64,000 nucleotides of DNA from Nitrospiraceae bacterium (GTDB taxonomy: Bacteria > Nitrospirota > Nitrospiria > Nitrospirales > Nitrospiraceae): assembly GCA_050246315.1 (NCBI GenBank), contig JBFWWG010000009.1, positions 96,001 through 160,000 on the forward strand. The letters run 5' to 3'. The position numbers and the translations under genes are program-made. Of the stretch, positions 37,519 to 48,972 are shown in pieces. The notes beneath the pieces were generated by a model. That model saw only the letters and a program-made list of their open reading frames with translations, was not told the DNA's origin and searched no databases. How positions within the stretch are numbered: position 1 is the first letter of the stretch; each line of letters starts with the position of its first letter.

Positions 37519-38811
37519 ATGACGACTGTCTCTATCGAGAACATCGGCCAGTACGTTGGCCAAGAGATCACGGTTCAGGGGTGGTTACGGAGCCGACGCG
37601 ACAGCGGCAAGCTCCACTTTCTCACCCTGCGGGATGGAACGGCCGATCTCCAAGCCGTGATCAGCAAGGCGGCAGTGGGAGATGAACAGTTCGCCCTGTC
37701 GGCCCGCCTGACGCAGGAATCTTCGCTTAAGGTTCGGGGCAAGGTTCGTGCGGAGAAGCGGGCACCCGGCGGATACGAATTGGAGGTGGCCGCCATCGAG
37801 TTGGTGCAACTGGCCGAGCCGTTCCCGATTCAACCGAAAGAACACGGGGTCGGGTTTTTAATGGAACATCGGCATCTGTGGCTGCGCTCGCACCGGCAAC
37901 ATGCCATTCTGCGCATTCGGCATGAAATCATCCGCGCCTGTCGGAACTTCTTCGATGATCGTGGATTCGTCTTGGTGGATGCGCCGATTTTTACCCCGAA
38001 CGCCTGTGAAGGCACGACCACCCTGTTCCAGACTCAATACTTCGACGAGACGGCCTATCTGACCCAAAGTGGACAACTCTATAGTGAGGCCACGGCTGCC
38101 GCCTTCGGTAAGGTCTACTGTTTTGGACCCACCTTTCGCGCAGAAAAATCAAAGACGCGCCGCCACCTGATGGAATTCTGGATGGTGGAGCCCGAGGTCG
38201 CCTGGGCGGAATTGGCTGATATGATGGATCTGGCCGAAGAGTTCATTTGCTCCATCGTCGAGCGGGTGCTGGAGAATCGGCGTGCGGATCTTCTGGTGCT
38301 CGAACGCGATATTGCCAAGCTGGAGCGGATTCACCCGCCATTTCCCCGAATGACCTATTATGAGGCGGTGGCGGCGCTGCAGCGGAAAGGCAATGCCATC
38401 CAGCGGGGTGATGACTTCGGAGGTGACGAAGAAACGCTCTTGTCGAACGAGGTTGATCGGCCGCTGATCGTACATCGTTACCCCTCTACACTTAAGGCGT
38501 TTTACATGCAGAGCGATCCGGTTCATCCGGAACTGGCCCTCTGCATGGACGTGCTCGCACCGGAAGGCTATGGAGAGATCATCGGTGGAGGCCAGCGCAT
38601 CCATGAGCACGATAAGCTGCTAGGACGGATCAAAGAGCATCATCTGCCGGAGGAGGCCTTCCGGTGGTACCTGGACCTTCGCCGATTTGGTTCGGTGCCG
38701 CACGCCGGCTTTGGGATGGGCATCGAACGGGCTGTGGCCTGGATTTGCGGGCTTGAACATGTGCGCGAGACAATTCCGTTCCCTCGGATGCTCTATAAAC
38801 TCTATCCGTGA
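37519..38811 (+). CDS. asnS: Asparagine--tRNA ligase
   Basis: [43 protein letters not shown]. Confidence 0.95.
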   Translation: MTTVSIENIGQYVGQEITVQGWLRSRRDSGKLHFLTLRDGTADLQAVISKAAVGDEQFALSARLTQESSLKVRGKVRAEKRAPGGYELEVAAIELVQLAEPFPIQPKEHGVGFLMEHRHLWLRSHRQHAILRIRHEIIRACRNFFDDRGFVLVDAPIFTPNACEGTTTLFQTQYFDETAYLTQSGQLYSEATAAAFGKVYCFGPTFRAEKSKTRRHLMEFWMVEPEVAWAELADMMDLAEEFICSIVERVLENRRADLLVLERDIAKLERIHPPFPRMTYYEAVAALQRKGNAIQRGDDFGGDEETLLSNEVDRPLIVHRYPSTLKAFYMQSDPVHPELALCMDVLAPEGYGEIIGGGQRIHEHDKLLGRIKEHHLPEEAFRWYLDLRRFGSVPHAGFGMGIERAVAWICGLEHVRETIPFPRMLYKLYP

Positions 38812-39002
38812 CAGACCGCGGGCGGATAGGACCGGGCGACAGCCCGGCGGGTTTAAATCAGATCCTCTCCGAACAACCTCCGTGTCGCTCCTCCTCGTTG
38901 TGAAACTACCTCCTGAATTGGTCCAATTTGGGGTCTCTTAGCCCCATGAATCCTCGCTCCGGCTGGTCGTCCTAAGAATTTGATGAAACATTGAAAAATC
39001 TG

Positions 39003-39070
39003 TTGACTGTCCATTCTGTGGGTGTATACTTCGCCACCAAGTGGGAGAAAGTGGTGGGAAATGGTGGGGA
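39003..39070 (+). promoter_or_regulatory. dcw promoter with MraZ-type direct repeats
   Basis: TTGACT-16-TATACT, then GTGGGA/GTGGTG/ATGGTG at 10-nt period (39041, 39051, 39061). Confidence 0.75.
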
Positions 39071-39979
39071 GAGGCAAGTGCTGAGGAATCGCATGCTCCG
39101 GTTCTTGCCGACGAGGTCATCACGTGGCTGCAACCCAGGAGCGGCGGCCGCTACCTTGATTGCACCGTGGGATATGGAGGATTGGCCGAGCGGCTGTTGT
39201 CCAGAGTGCCTGGTGATTCCATGTTGATTGGCCTCGACCATGATGCCAAGGCTCTTGAGGCCAGCCGGACCCGTCTCCGTCCCTTCAGCGAGCGCGTCCA
39301 ATTGATCCATGGAAATTTTCGAGATGTGAAACAGCACTTGGCCCAGGTCGGGGTTGTGAACGTTGATGGGGTGGTATTGGACTTGGGCGTCTCGACTCCT
39401 CAGTTAGCGAGTCCGGAGCGGGGCTTCAGTTTCTCCGAGAGCGGGCCACTCGATATGCGGATGGATCAAGCCGGTTCTCTGACAGCGGCGGACGTTGTAA
39501 ATCGCTGGAACGAGCCCGATCTGGCCTGGGCGATATCTCACTATGGAGAGGAACGTTATGCAAGGCGGATCGCACGGGCTATCGCGATCGCCAGGAAGGA
39601 AACTCCACTTCGTACCACCTTCGATCTGGTCGAGGTGATCCGGCATGCCGTTCCGGCCCACTCCCGGCACGGCAGAATCCACTTTGCAACGCGAACGTTT
39701 CAGGCGATCAGAATTGCGGTGAACCGTGAACTCGATGCGCTCGAAGCGGCGCTGCCGCAAGTGATCGACGCCCTGACCGTCGGAGGGCGACTGTGTGTGA
39801 TCTCGTTCCACTCCCTTGAGGATCGGATTGTCAAGCAGGCCTTTCGCTCTCGGGCGGCGAGCGCGGATTCGGACGTGAGGATTTTGACCAAGAAGCCGCA
39901 AGTCGCAACGGCGCAGGAAGTGGAGAGGAATCCGAGAGCGCGGAGCGCCAAGCTGCGCGTTCTGGAGCGAGCGGCCTAG
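39041..39979 (+). CDS. rsmH: 16S rRNA m4C1402 methyltransferase
   Basis: HAPVL, DLGVSTPQL...RGFSF...GPLDMRMD, TRTFQAIRIAVNREL, ISFHSLEDRIVK, NPRARSAKLR. Confidence 0.96.
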   Translation: MGESGGKWWGEASAEESHAPVLADEVITWLQPRSGGRYLDCTVGYGGLAERLLSRVPGDSMLIGLDHDAKALEASRTRLRPFSERVQLIHGNFRDVKQHLAQVGVVNVDGVVLDLGVSTPQLASPERGFSFSESGPLDMRMDQAGSLTAADVVNRWNEPDLAWAISHYGEERYARRIARAIAIARKETPLRTTFDLVEVIRHAVPAHSRHGRIHFATRTFQAIRIAVNRELDALEAALPQVIDALTVGGRLCVISFHSLEDRIVKQAFRSRAASADSDVRILTKKPQVATAQEVERNPRARSAKLRVLERAA

Positions 39980-39990
39980 GAGAAGATGAT

Positions 39991-40311
39991 ATGAAGCCTT
40001 TGCTGATTCTCGGCGTGCTCCTCTTTTTACTCGGGTATGTCTGGGAGCGGGTTGATGTCGTGCGGGTCGGCTATCGAGTCGAGCAGTTGAAAGGCCAGAA
40101 GGTGTTGCTGGAACGGGAGCGGGACGAATTGAGTGTGAAGCTGGCCTCGCTCAGCGCGCCGGACCGAGTGGCCCGGCTGGCGAAGGAAAAACTAGGGATG
40201 ATGCCGGCGCAGCCGGGGCAGGTCGTTGTCGTGCATCGCGTGGAACCGAGGCAGCCGCCCGATCGTCCTTCCATTGAAGCGGTGCGCGTTGCGAAGCGCG
40301 AGGTGCGCTAG
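39991..40311 (+). CDS. ftsL: Cell division protein FtsL
   Basis: TM helix plus coiled coil, LSAPDRVARLAKEKLGM; lies between rsmH and ftsI. Confidence 0.85.
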   Translation: MKPLLILGVLLFLLGYVWERVDVVRVGYRVEQLKGQKVLLERERDELSVKLASLSAPDRVARLAKEKLGMMPAQPGQVVVVHRVEPRQPPDRPSIEAVRVAKREVR

Positions 40312-42030
40312 GTGAAGCAGGTGCGGCCTCATTACGCCATCCGGCGAACTGCTACCCTGGTGGGGCTGTTGGCAGGCTTTGTCGTCGTCTTGATCCGCCT
40401 GCTTCATCTTCAGGTCTTGCAGGCCGCGGAGCTGACCCAGCGTGCGGATCGGCAACATTGGAAATCCGTCTCACTGGAAGGGCCGCGCGGCACCATTTAT
40501 GATCGAAACGGGAAGGTCCTGGCAATCAACGTTGAGGTGCCGTCGGCGTTCGGTGTGCCCACGGCGCTGGAGGATCTCCGCGGGGCGGCAAAGCGGCTGG
40601 CCCCCGTATTGAATGTGCGGCAGACGGAGTTGGAAAAGAAATTACGGCAGGACCGGTCGTTTGTCTGGCTGGCCAGGAAATTGGATCCGGAACAGGGGCG
40701 GCGATTGAAGGCCCTCTCGCTTGATGGCATCGGGGTGGTGATGGAAGGGCGGCGCTTCTATCCAAAGGGTGCCCTGCTCTCTCATGTGCTGGGGTTTGCG
40801 GGCATGGACGGGGAGGGGTTGGAAGGCATCGAGCGCCGGTATGACCGGTATCTGCACGGCGAGAAGCAGGTCATGATGCTGGAACGCGATGCGCTCGGGC
40901 GGACGGTGTTTCCACGCGGTTTGCGGGAGCAGGGTCCCGATGGCGGCCGGCATGTCGTCCTGACGATCGACGAAGTCGTGCAGTATATCGCGGAGAAAGA
41001 ACTGGAGGAGGCGGTGGCCACCACGCGAGCCAAAGGTGGCATGGCCATCGTCATGGATCCTCACACCGGTGCCGTTCTGGGCATGGCGGTGAATCCACGG
41101 TTCGATCCCAACATCCTCAAGTCGCTCACCCCGGACCGGTGGCGCAACCGGGCCATTGCCGATGTGTTCGAGCCGGGCAGTACAATGAAGCTGTTCATCG
41201 CGGCGGCGGCGCTGGAGGAACAGATCATGACGCCCACGACCATGCTGTACGGCGAGAATGGGCAGATGACGGTGGCGAACACCGTGATTCATGACCATGA
41301 GAAGATGGGATGGATGACTTTCTCCGAGGTGATTCAGAAATCAAGCAATATCGGGGCGGCGAAAGCGGCCGCTCGGCTCGGCGAGCGTCGCTCGTATGAT
41401 TATCTAAAACGATTCGGATTCGGCGAGCGCACCGACGTGGACCTTCCGGGAGAGGTTGCCGGCCTGCTGAAGTCGCCCCGCGAGTGGGGGAGGAGGACGT
41501 TGGCCTCCATCGCCATGGGGCAGGAGATCGGGGTGACCGGAGTACAACTGGCGAGTGCGGTTTCGGCCATCGCGAACGGCGGGGTCCTAATGAAACCCTA
41601 TGTCGTCGCCGAAGTGCAGGATGCGAAGGGACGCGTGTTGGCCGAGATGGGTCCGCAGCAACGTCGTCAAGTCGTTTCTCGGGAGACGGCGAGGGCCGTC
41701 AGCGAGATGCTCGAGAAAGTAGTGGCCAACGGCACGGGGGGCAAGGCGGCCGTCTCCGGCATCCGGGTCGCGGGCAAAACCGGAACCGCCCAGAAGGTCG
41801 ATCCGCGAACCGGAGCCTATTCCTCCACCCTCGTCGTGGGATCCTTCGTCGGGTTTCTCCCTGCCGATGACCCCAAAATCGTGATCGCCGTGATGGTGGA
41901 CGAGCCGCAGATCGATGCGTGGGGCGGAGCGGTGGCGGCGCCGGCGTTCCGCCGGATCGCAGAGCAGGTACTGCCGTACCTCGGCGTGACACCGAATTCA
42001 GCAGTCAATCTGGCAATGGTCGTGGAGTAG
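40312..42030 (+). CDS. ftsI: Penicillin-binding protein 3 (transpeptidase)
   Basis: RGTIYDRNG, EPGSTMK (SxxK), SSN, GKTGTAQK. Confidence 0.93.
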   Translation: MKQVRPHYAIRRTATLVGLLAGFVVVLIRLLHLQVLQAAELTQRADRQHWKSVSLEGPRGTIYDRNGKVLAINVEVPSAFGVPTALEDLRGAAKRLAPVLNVRQTELEKKLRQDRSFVWLARKLDPEQGRRLKALSLDGIGVVMEGRRFYPKGALLSHVLGFAGMDGEGLEGIERRYDRYLHGEKQVMMLERDALGRTVFPRGLREQGPDGGRHVVLTIDEVVQYIAEKELEEAVATTRAKGGMAIVMDPHTGAVLGMAVNPRFDPNILKSLTPDRWRNRAIADVFEPGSTMKLFIAAAALEEQIMTPTTMLYGENGQMTVANTVIHDHEKMGWMTFSEVIQKSSNIGAAKAAARLGERRSYDYLKRFGFGERTDVDLPGEVAGLLKSPREWGRRTLASIAMGQEIGVTGVQLASAVSAIANGGVLMKPYVVAEVQDAKGRVLAEMGPQQRRQVVSRETARAVSEMLEKVVANGTGGKAAVSGIRVAGKTGTAQKVDPRTGAYSSTLVVGSFVGFLPADDPKIVIAVMVDEPQIDAWGGAVAAPAFRRIAEQVLPYLGVTPNSAVNLAMVVE

Positions 42031-42058
42031 CGCCTCGACCCGACCCTGGCAGTATGGT

Positions 42059-43567
42059 GTGCAGGTGACCTTGGCCGACATGCTCGACTCCCCGGTCATC
42101 CGATCGGAAATCCTGGAACAGCACGGCAATTTGACGCCAAACGTGACAGGCGTTACCGACGATTCACGCCGGGTCATGCCGGGAACCGTGTTTGTCGCCG
42201 TCCGGGGCGAGCGAGTGGATGGCCATCGGTTCCTTCCTCAGGCCCTTCAGTCGGGAGCTGCGGCTTTGATCGTCCAACAACCGCAGTCGCCGGAGACTGT
42301 TCCCGTGATCCGGGTCAAAGACTCACGCAGAGCCTTGGGGCTCCTCGGCAGCCGCTTCTACGGCGCCCCCTCCTCTCGACTCCGAATGGTGGGGGTAACG
42401 GGCACCAACGGGAAAACGACCATTACGTATCTAACAAAAGCGGTCCTTGAATCGGCCGGACGGAAGGTTGGATTGATCGGAACCGTAGCCTATCAGATCG
42501 GTGAGGAAGTGGTGTCCGCCTCGCACACGACGCCTGGGGCGCTGGAACTCCAAGCGTTGTTGAGTCGGATGGTTTCGGCCGGTATGGATGCGGCCGTCAT
42601 GGAAGTCTCCTCCCATGCGCTGGCGCTGGATCGGACCGTTGGGTGCGAATACGATGTGGCGGTCTTCACCAATCTGACGCAAGATCATCTCGACTTCCAT
42701 CGGGATATGGAAGACTACTTCTCCGCCAAGTTGCGGCTGTTCACTGGATTGGCCGACGGGAAGCTGAAGTCGTCCAAGCGCGCGATCGTGAACGCGGACG
42801 ATCCGTGGAGCGAGCGCATCCGCCAGGCTACCGCCGTCCCGCTCTGGACCTATGGGATCAAGGAGGCGGCAGATCTCCGCGCGGAGGGTCTGCGGCTGTC
42901 GGCATCGGGCACCACGTTTGCCGTGGCCACTCCTCATGGTCGGGCGAAGGTGGAGAGCCGTCTGGTCGGCGAACACAATGTCTATAACGCGCTGGCCGCG
43001 ATCGGCGTGGGGTTGCAGGAAGGGCTCGCGCTCGACCGAGTCTGTGAGGGGATCGCGTCCGTGCGCAACGTGCCTGGGCGGTTCGAACGGGTGGAGGCCG
43101 GGCAACCCTTTACCGTCGTCGTAGATTATGCCCACACCGAAGATGCGTTGGTGCGGCTGCTGTCCGCGGCGCGCGCGCTTCGGCCTGGTCGGATCATCAC
43201 AGTCTTCGGATGCGGCGGCGATCGAGATCGGACAAAACGTCCCAAGATGGGGCGGGTGGCGGTGGAGCACAGCGATGTCGTGATGTTGACCTCCGACAAC
43301 CCCAGGACCGAAGACCCGCAGGCTATCCTGCGGGATGTGGAGGTCGGCGTGAAGGAAGCGCTTCGCCGGCGACCTCAGGTGCGCTATCACCTGATCGCTG
43401 ATCGCCGCGAAGCCATCAAGTGCGCGGTGCAGGAGGCGAGGTCCGGCGAACTGGTCCTGATCGCGGGTAAGGGGCACGAGGACTATCAAATCGTCGGCAC
43501 GACCAAGCACCATTTTGACGACCGCGAGGTGGCCCGGGAGGCCATCCTCAACGCGAAAGCGCTTTGA
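42059..43567 (+). CDS. murE: UDP-MurNAc-tripeptide ligase (meso-DAP type)
   Basis: GVTGTNGKTT, MEVSSH, DYAHT, DNPR, AGKGHE. Confidence 0.96.
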   Translation: MQVTLADMLDSPVIRSEILEQHGNLTPNVTGVTDDSRRVMPGTVFVAVRGERVDGHRFLPQALQSGAAALIVQQPQSPETVPVIRVKDSRRALGLLGSRFYGAPSSRLRMVGVTGTNGKTTITYLTKAVLESAGRKVGLIGTVAYQIGEEVVSASHTTPGALELQALLSRMVSAGMDAAVMEVSSHALALDRTVGCEYDVAVFTNLTQDHLDFHRDMEDYFSAKLRLFTGLADGKLKSSKRAIVNADDPWSERIRQATAVPLWTYGIKEAADLRAEGLRLSASGTTFAVATPHGRAKVESRLVGEHNVYNALAAIGVGLQEGLALDRVCEGIASVRNVPGRFERVEAGQPFTVVVDYAHTEDALVRLLSAARALRPGRIITVFGCGGDRDRTKRPKMGRVAVEHSDVVMLTSDNPRTEDPQAILRDVEVGVKEALRRRPQVRYHLIADRREAIKCAVQEARSGELVLIAGKGHEDYQIVGTTKHHFDDREVAREAILNAKAL

Positions 43568-43625
43568 AGGCAAACTCGAAAGTCTGTTCCCGAAACCTGT
43601 GCAAGCACCATATGTGGGTCAGGTG

Positions 43626-45077
43626 ATGGCAGGGTCCCTCTACACGGTAGAAGAAGTCCTCGAGGTCGTCGGCGCCAGGCTTTTGACTGGTGACACGTCG
43701 ATAGCGTCGAAAGCAACGATCAAGCGCCTGTGGACCGACTCCCGGACCGTGCGCCCGGGCGACTGTTTTGTCGCATTGCGGGGTGATCGGTTCGACGGCC
43801 ACGCCTTTGTTCCGGAAACCTTCCGGAAGGGGGCGGTGGCGGCGTTGGTCGAAGATTCCTACCGAGTGCCGGCCGATCCCCTCCTGCGCGGCCCCGCGCG
43901 TCGGCCGGCCATTATTTTAGCGGTGCGCGATTCGCTCCTCGCCTTTCAGCAATTGGCCACGCACCATCGCAACCGGTTCGCAATTCCGGTGGTGGCGGTG
44001 ACCGGGAGCAACGGGAAGACGACGACGAAAGACATGGTTGCCGGTGTCTTGGCCATGCGCTGGACGACGTTCAAGACCGAAGGTAATCTCAACAACCGAA
44101 TCGGTGTGCCGCAGACGTTATTGCGATTGACCGCTCGGCACAAGGCTGCCGTGATCGAGATGGGCGTGGACGCGCGGGGACAGACGACGCGCCTCTGCGA
44201 GGTCGTCCGCCCGACGGTCGGGATCATCACCAATATCGGCGCCGATCATTTGGAATTTTTCGGGGACCTGGAAGGGTCCGCTCAAGCCAAAGCGGAGCTG
44301 TTGGACCAGATGCCGGCCGAGGGGGTGGTCGCGCTGAACGGCGACGATCCGTATTTCGATTACCTGGCGGCGCGTGCGACCTGTCGCGTGGTGTCGTTCG
44401 GACTCTCGGAGCGCGCGGATGTGCGGGCGACGGACATCAACCATCACGGCAAACTTGGGACGACGTTCAAGTTGCATTTGCCGGGCCGCCATCGTGCCCC
44501 GGTGATCGCCATACGGGTACATGGTGACCACAATGTTCTGAATGCTCTGGCCGCCGCGGCGGTCGGGTATGCGCTGGGATTCAGCGGCATATTGATCGGT
44601 AAGGGATTGGCGGTATTCCGACCGGCTCACCTGCGGTCCCAGGTCGTGACGGTGCGCGGCGCGCGGGTGATCAACGACTGCTACAACGCGAACCCCTCGT
44701 CGATGAAGGCGGCCCTGCGGCTCCTGGCCCAAATCGGCCGGGGGGGGCGGACGATCGCCGTGGTGGGCGACATGTTGGAATTGGGAGCAAAGGCGGAAGA
44801 GTTTCACCGGGAGGTCGGCGCCTTGGCGGCTGAACTCGGCATTCAGCGACTGATTACCTGCGGACCGCTCGGGCAACGGATCGCGGCGGGCGCAAGACGG
44901 GCCGGGATGACCCAGGATTGTGTGCTGGCGGTCAACGACGCGGGGGAAGCGGCGGCGGTCTTAAAGAATCTGCTCCAGGCGGGGGATACGGTGTTGGTCA
45001 AGGCCTCGCGCGGAATGAAACTGGAACGAGTGCTCGACGCCTTACAGGGGCGGGCCCGGATGGCGGCCGGCGCCTAG
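43626..45077 (+). CDS. murF: UDP-MurNAc-tripeptide--D-Ala-D-Ala ligase
   Basis: TGSNGKTTTK, NLNNRIGVP, DCYNANPSSM, GDMLELG, KASRGM. Confidence 0.96.
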   Translation: MAGSLYTVEEVLEVVGARLLTGDTSIASKATIKRLWTDSRTVRPGDCFVALRGDRFDGHAFVPETFRKGAVAALVEDSYRVPADPLLRGPARRPAIILAVRDSLLAFQQLATHHRNRFAIPVVAVTGSNGKTTTKDMVAGVLAMRWTTFKTEGNLNNRIGVPQTLLRLTARHKAAVIEMGVDARGQTTRLCEVVRPTVGIITNIGADHLEFFGDLEGSAQAKAELLDQMPAEGVVALNGDDPYFDYLAARATCRVVSFGLSERADVRATDINHHGKLGTTFKLHLPGRHRAPVIAIRVHGDHNVLNALAAAAVGYALGFSGILIGKGLAVFRPAHLRSQVVTVRGARVINDCYNANPSSMKAALRLLAQIGRGGRTIAVVGDMLELGAKAEEFHREVGALAAELGIQRLITCGPLGQRIAAGARRAGMTQDCVLAVNDAGEAAAVLKNLLQAGDTVLVKASRGMKLERVLDALQGRARMAAGA

Positions 45078-45186
45078 TCCACATGGGTCATGACGGTTCG
45101 AGACGGTTCACCCGTTGCAATCTGTGATCAACGGGTGTCCGCGGCGTATCGGTGGTTCCAGTAGAGGCGGTCATGAATCATCTGGG
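45078..45186. mobile_element. Short degenerate MITE, copy C (109 bp)
   Basis: Ends CTAG-TCCACATGGGTCATGACGGTTCG and GGTTCCAGTAGAGGCGGTCATGAATCATCTGGG-TTAG align to both ends of copy A. Confidence 0.75.
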
Positions 45187-45234
45187 TTAGCTGAACGAAC
45201 GATTCTCGCAGGGAATTGGGCGGGTTGAATCGGT

Positions 45235-46314
45235 ATGCTCTACAACTGGTTGTATCCTCTCCACACCGAGTTCTCCATTCTCAATGTCTTCCGATACCTG
45301 AGCTTTCGGATCATCTACGCCTCTGTCACGGCCTTTCTGATCGCCTTCGTCCTGGCTCCGTGGTTGATCAAGAAACTTCAGGCGATCAAGCTGGGGCAAC
45401 AGGTCAGGGACGACGGGCCGAAGCGGCATCTGGCCAAGAGCGGCACCCCGACGATGGGCGGAATGCTGATCATTTTTGCGGTGGTGTTGACCACCCTCCT
45501 CTGGGCGGACCTCACGAACAAGTACGTCTGGCTGGTCATCCTCTCGACCTTGGGGTTCGGATTGATCGGATTTGTGGACGACTATCTGAAATTTGTCAAG
45601 GCTCAATCGAAGGGCCTTTCGGCGTCACAAAAATTTGCTGGACAGGTGGCGATTGCGCTGGCGATCGGTCTGATTCTGTATTTCTTCCTTCCGGGGTACT
45701 CCACCAAACTGAGCGTGCCGTTCTTCAAGAATTTCACTCCGGAGCTGGGATGGCTCTATATCCCATTCGTCATCCTCGTGATCGTCGGCAGCTCCAATGC
45801 GGTCAATCTGACGGACGGTCTGGACGGACTGGCCGTTGGACCGGTCATGATCGCCTCGATGGCCTATACGATCGTGGCCTATGCGGCGGGGCATCGTCTG
45901 TTTGCCGACTATCTGTTGATCCCCCATATCGAGGGCGCCGGGGAAGTCGGGGTCTTTACCGCGGCGATCTTCGGGGCGAGTCTCGGTTTCCTCTGGTTCA
46001 ATACCTATCCGGCGACGGTCTTCATGGGCGATGTGGGCTCGCTCCCCTTGGGCGCCGCGCTTGGCACCGTCGCGGTCATCAGCAAGCATGAGTTGCTGCT
46101 CATGCTGGTCGGGGGCGTGTTCGTGATCGAGGCGGTGTCCGTGATTTTCCAGGTCTTGTCCTTCAAGTCGCGCGGCAAACGGATCTTTCTGATGGCCCCG
46201 ATCCATCACCATTTCGAGATGAAGGGCTGGGAGGAGCCTAAAGTGGTGGTCCGATTGTGGATCATCGCGATCCTGCTCGCGCTTTTGAGCCTGAGCACCT
46301 TGAAACTGCGATGA
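45235..46314 (+). CDS. mraY: Phospho-MurNAc-pentapeptide transferase
   Basis: [38 protein letters not shown]. Confidence 0.97.
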   Translation: MLYNWLYPLHTEFSILNVFRYLSFRIIYASVTAFLIAFVLAPWLIKKLQAIKLGQQVRDDGPKRHLAKSGTPTMGGMLIIFAVVLTTLLWADLTNKYVWLVILSTLGFGLIGFVDDYLKFVKAQSKGLSASQKFAGQVAIALAIGLILYFFLPGYSTKLSVPFFKNFTPELGWLYIPFVILVIVGSSNAVNLTDGLDGLAVGPVMIASMAYTIVAYAAGHRLFADYLLIPHIEGAGEVGVFTAAIFGASLGFLWFNTYPATVFMGDVGSLPLGAALGTVAVISKHELLLMLVGGVFVIEAVSVIFQVLSFKSRGKRIFLMAPIHHHFEMKGWEEPKVVVRLWIIAILLALLSLSTLKLR

Positions 46315-47738
46315 TGCCGATACCGGGCCGTTCGCACAGAGGAGCCGAATTGGCCGGGAAGGCCGTTGTGGTAGTCGGATTGGCCCGAAGCGGAGTGGCG
46401 GCGGCAAGGCTGCTCGCGCGGATCGGTGCCCGCGTGACCCTGGCCGATCGCAAGGACGAACGGGAGTTGCACGAGGTTCTGGGCCAACTCGATCGGGAAC
46501 AGGTTGCGCTTGCCTTGGGAGCGCAATACGAGCGGGCATTTCAGCAGGCCGACCTCGTAGTCATCAGTCCCGGTGTGCCGACACGCGCGCCCGTACTGGA
46601 AGCCGTTCGCCGTCGCGGCATCCGAGTGATCGGGGAGCTGGAGCTGGCCTCTCGCTTGTTGTCCGTCCCCGTCGTCGCCGTCACCGGGACCAACGGCAAG
46701 AGCACAACCGTGACGCTGATCGGAAAGTTTCTCCAGGAAAGCGGAAAACGGGCGTTTGTGGGCGGCAACCTGGGCACAGCCGTCTCCGAAGCGGCCTTGG
46801 CCGGTCTTGAGGCGGACGAGCAGAGGGGCGTCGGTCGATCACCCTATGAAGTCATCGTCGCGGAAGTATCGAGTTTTCAGTTGGAAACGATCGAGCGGTT
46901 CCAACCTTGGATCGCGGCGCTGCTCAACATTACGACCGATCACATGGATCGTTACGATTCGATCGACGACTACGTACGGGCAAAGTGTCGGATCTTCGAG
47001 AATCAGAATGCCACGGATTATGCCGTGATCAATCTGGACGATCCCAGAGTCGCGGCGATCGGCCGTACGGTTCGGGCTCACGGGATGGGCTTTACGCGCC
47101 GCCAGACCATTCCGACCGCTTCAACCGGGGGGGCCTTTCTCGACGGTGAGGAGGTGATCGTGTTGCTTGAAGGACAGCGACGGACGATCGCATCTCGCTC
47201 GGAGATCCGGTTGCTGGGGACGCATAACGTGGAAAACGTCCTGGCGGCCGCCACCATCGGTCTATTGTGCGGCTGCGAGGTGGACGCCATGCGGCGCGTC
47301 CTCCGCTCGTTTTCCGGGCTCGAACATGCGCTGGAGCTCGTCCGGGAAATCAACGGCGTCCGATTCGTGAACGATTCCAAAGGCACGAACGTCGATGCCA
47401 CGGTGAAGGCCTTGGAGAGCCTGGATCAGCCGATCTGGCTGATCGCCGGGGGAAAGGACAAGGGCGGAGATCTCGCTCGCCTCAGAGAGCCGATCGCGCG
47501 CAAGGCAAAGGGCGTCGTCTTAATCGGAGAAGCTGCGCCGCTCATCACGGCAGCCATTCGACCCTATGATCGCATCAGACAGGCAGCCTCGTTACAAGAG
47601 GCCGTGCGGCTCGCAGCCGAACAGGCGGAGGCGGGCGATATCGTGCTCCTGTCTCCGGCCTGCGCCAGTTTCGACATGTTCGCGGATTATCAGGATCGAG
47701 GACGCCAATTCAAGGCGGCAGTGGCGGCGCTGCCGTAA
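46311..47738 (+). CDS. murD: UDP-MurNAc-L-Ala--D-Glu ligase
   Basis: [37 protein letters not shown]. Confidence 0.96.
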   Translation: MMPIPGRSHRGAELAGKAVVVVGLARSGVAAARLLARIGARVTLADRKDERELHEVLGQLDREQVALALGAQYERAFQQADLVVISPGVPTRAPVLEAVRRRGIRVIGELELASRLLSVPVVAVTGTNGKSTTVTLIGKFLQESGKRAFVGGNLGTAVSEAALAGLEADEQRGVGRSPYEVIVAEVSSFQLETIERFQPWIAALLNITTDHMDRYDSIDDYVRAKCRIFENQNATDYAVINLDDPRVAAIGRTVRAHGMGFTRRQTIPTASTGGAFLDGEEVIVLLEGQRRTIASRSEIRLLGTHNVENVLAAATIGLLCGCEVDAMRRVLRSFSGLEHALELVREINGVRFVNDSKGTNVDATVKALESLDQPIWLIAGGKDKGGDLARLREPIARKAKGVVLIGEAAPLITAAIRPYDRIRQAASLQEAVRLAAEQAEAGDIVLLSPACASFDMFADYQDRGRQFKAAVAALP

Positions 47739-47770
47739 TGGGCGTTCCTGGATCGATTGACGGGAGAATC

Positions 47771-48943
47771 ATGGCCGACAAAACAGCCGGAACCCTGGCC
47801 TTTCCGTGGCCGAGTGCGGGCCGGCGCGCCCGCAAGCTCGTGGCCTTGGATCACACGCTCGTCGTGCTGACACTCGCCCTGTCATTGGCGGGGCTGGTGA
47901 TGGTCTTCAGCGCCAGCGCGGTGGTGGCCGGCAACCGGTTCCAGGACCCCTGGTATTTCCTCAAGCGGCAGCTCGCGTGGCTGGCCTTGGGCCTCGCCCT
48001 GATGCATCTCACGTCGCGCATCGACTATGCGGTGTGGAAGAAGCTGGCCGTCCCGCTGTTGGCCGTGACCGGGGGCCTGTTGCTGTTGGTGCTGATTCCC
48101 TCTGTGGGCGTGTTGGCGAAGGGCGCCCGTCGCTGGTTGCGAGCAGGACCTCTCCTGGTTCAGCCGACGGAAATCGCGAAGGTGGTGGCCGTGATCTATC
48201 TTGCGGCGTATCTCGCGGCCAAGGAAGCGCGTCTCCTGTCGTTCCAGAAAGGGGTCCTTCCGCCGCTCATTTTAGTCGGTGCCATCTGCGCCCTGATTTT
48301 TCTCCAGCCTGACTTGGGGAGCGTGGTCGTCATCGGGTTGGTGACCTTCGGCCTGTTGTTCTTGGCGGGAGCTAAGCTGAGTCATCTCTTCGGGTTGGTG
48401 CTCTGTGCCGTACCGGCGGTCTTGGCACTGGTCGTCAGCTCGCCCTATCGGTGGAAGCGAGTGATGACCTTTCTCTTCCCGGAAAAGGACGTGTCGGGGG
48501 CTGGGTTTCAGGTCACGCAATCGTTCCTCGCGTTCGGCAGCGGAGGGCCGTTCGGAGTCGGGCTCGGGGAAGGCAAGCAGAAGCTGTTCTTCCTGCCGGA
48601 GGCGCACACGGATTTCGTGCTCGCGCTGGTCGGAGAGGAGCTCGGCTTTCTGGGGACGGCCGCCCTGCTGATGCTGTTTCTGGCCTTTGTGGTCCGCGGT
48701 TTCTCGATCGCCGCCCGCGCACGCATGCCATTCGGTTACTTCTTGGGCATGGGCATCACCTTGTTGATTGCGACCCAGACGCTGATCAATGCCGGCGTGG
48801 TCACCGGGTTGCTGCCGACGAAAGGATTGACGCTGCCATTCGTGAGTTACGGGGGCTCGTCGCTGGTGATCAGTTTGATCGGGGTGGGCATCTTATTGAG
48901 CATTTCGCGCGACCGGTGCGGTGGGCAGGAACGCAACGAATGA
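47771..48943 (+). CDS. ftsW: SEDS glycosyltransferase FtsW
   Basis: GARRW, QPDLG, LPEAHTDF, PTKGLTLPFVSYGGSS. Confidence 0.96.
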   Translation: MADKTAGTLAFPWPSAGRRARKLVALDHTLVVLTLALSLAGLVMVFSASAVVAGNRFQDPWYFLKRQLAWLALGLALMHLTSRIDYAVWKKLAVPLLAVTGGLLLLVLIPSVGVLAKGARRWLRAGPLLVQPTEIAKVVAVIYLAAYLAAKEARLLSFQKGVLPPLILVGAICALIFLQPDLGSVVVIGLVTFGLLFLAGAKLSHLFGLVLCAVPAVLALVVSSPYRWKRVMTFLFPEKDVSGAGFQVTQSFLAFGSGGPFGVGLGEGKQKLFFLPEAHTDFVLALVGEELGFLGTAALLMLFLAFVVRGFSIAARARMPFGYFLGMGITLLIATQTLINAGVVTGLLPTKGLTLPFVSYGGSSLVISLIGVGILLSISRDRCGGQERNE

Positions 48944-48972
48944 TCCGGGTTACGGGGTGAGCGAGCCGGTGA

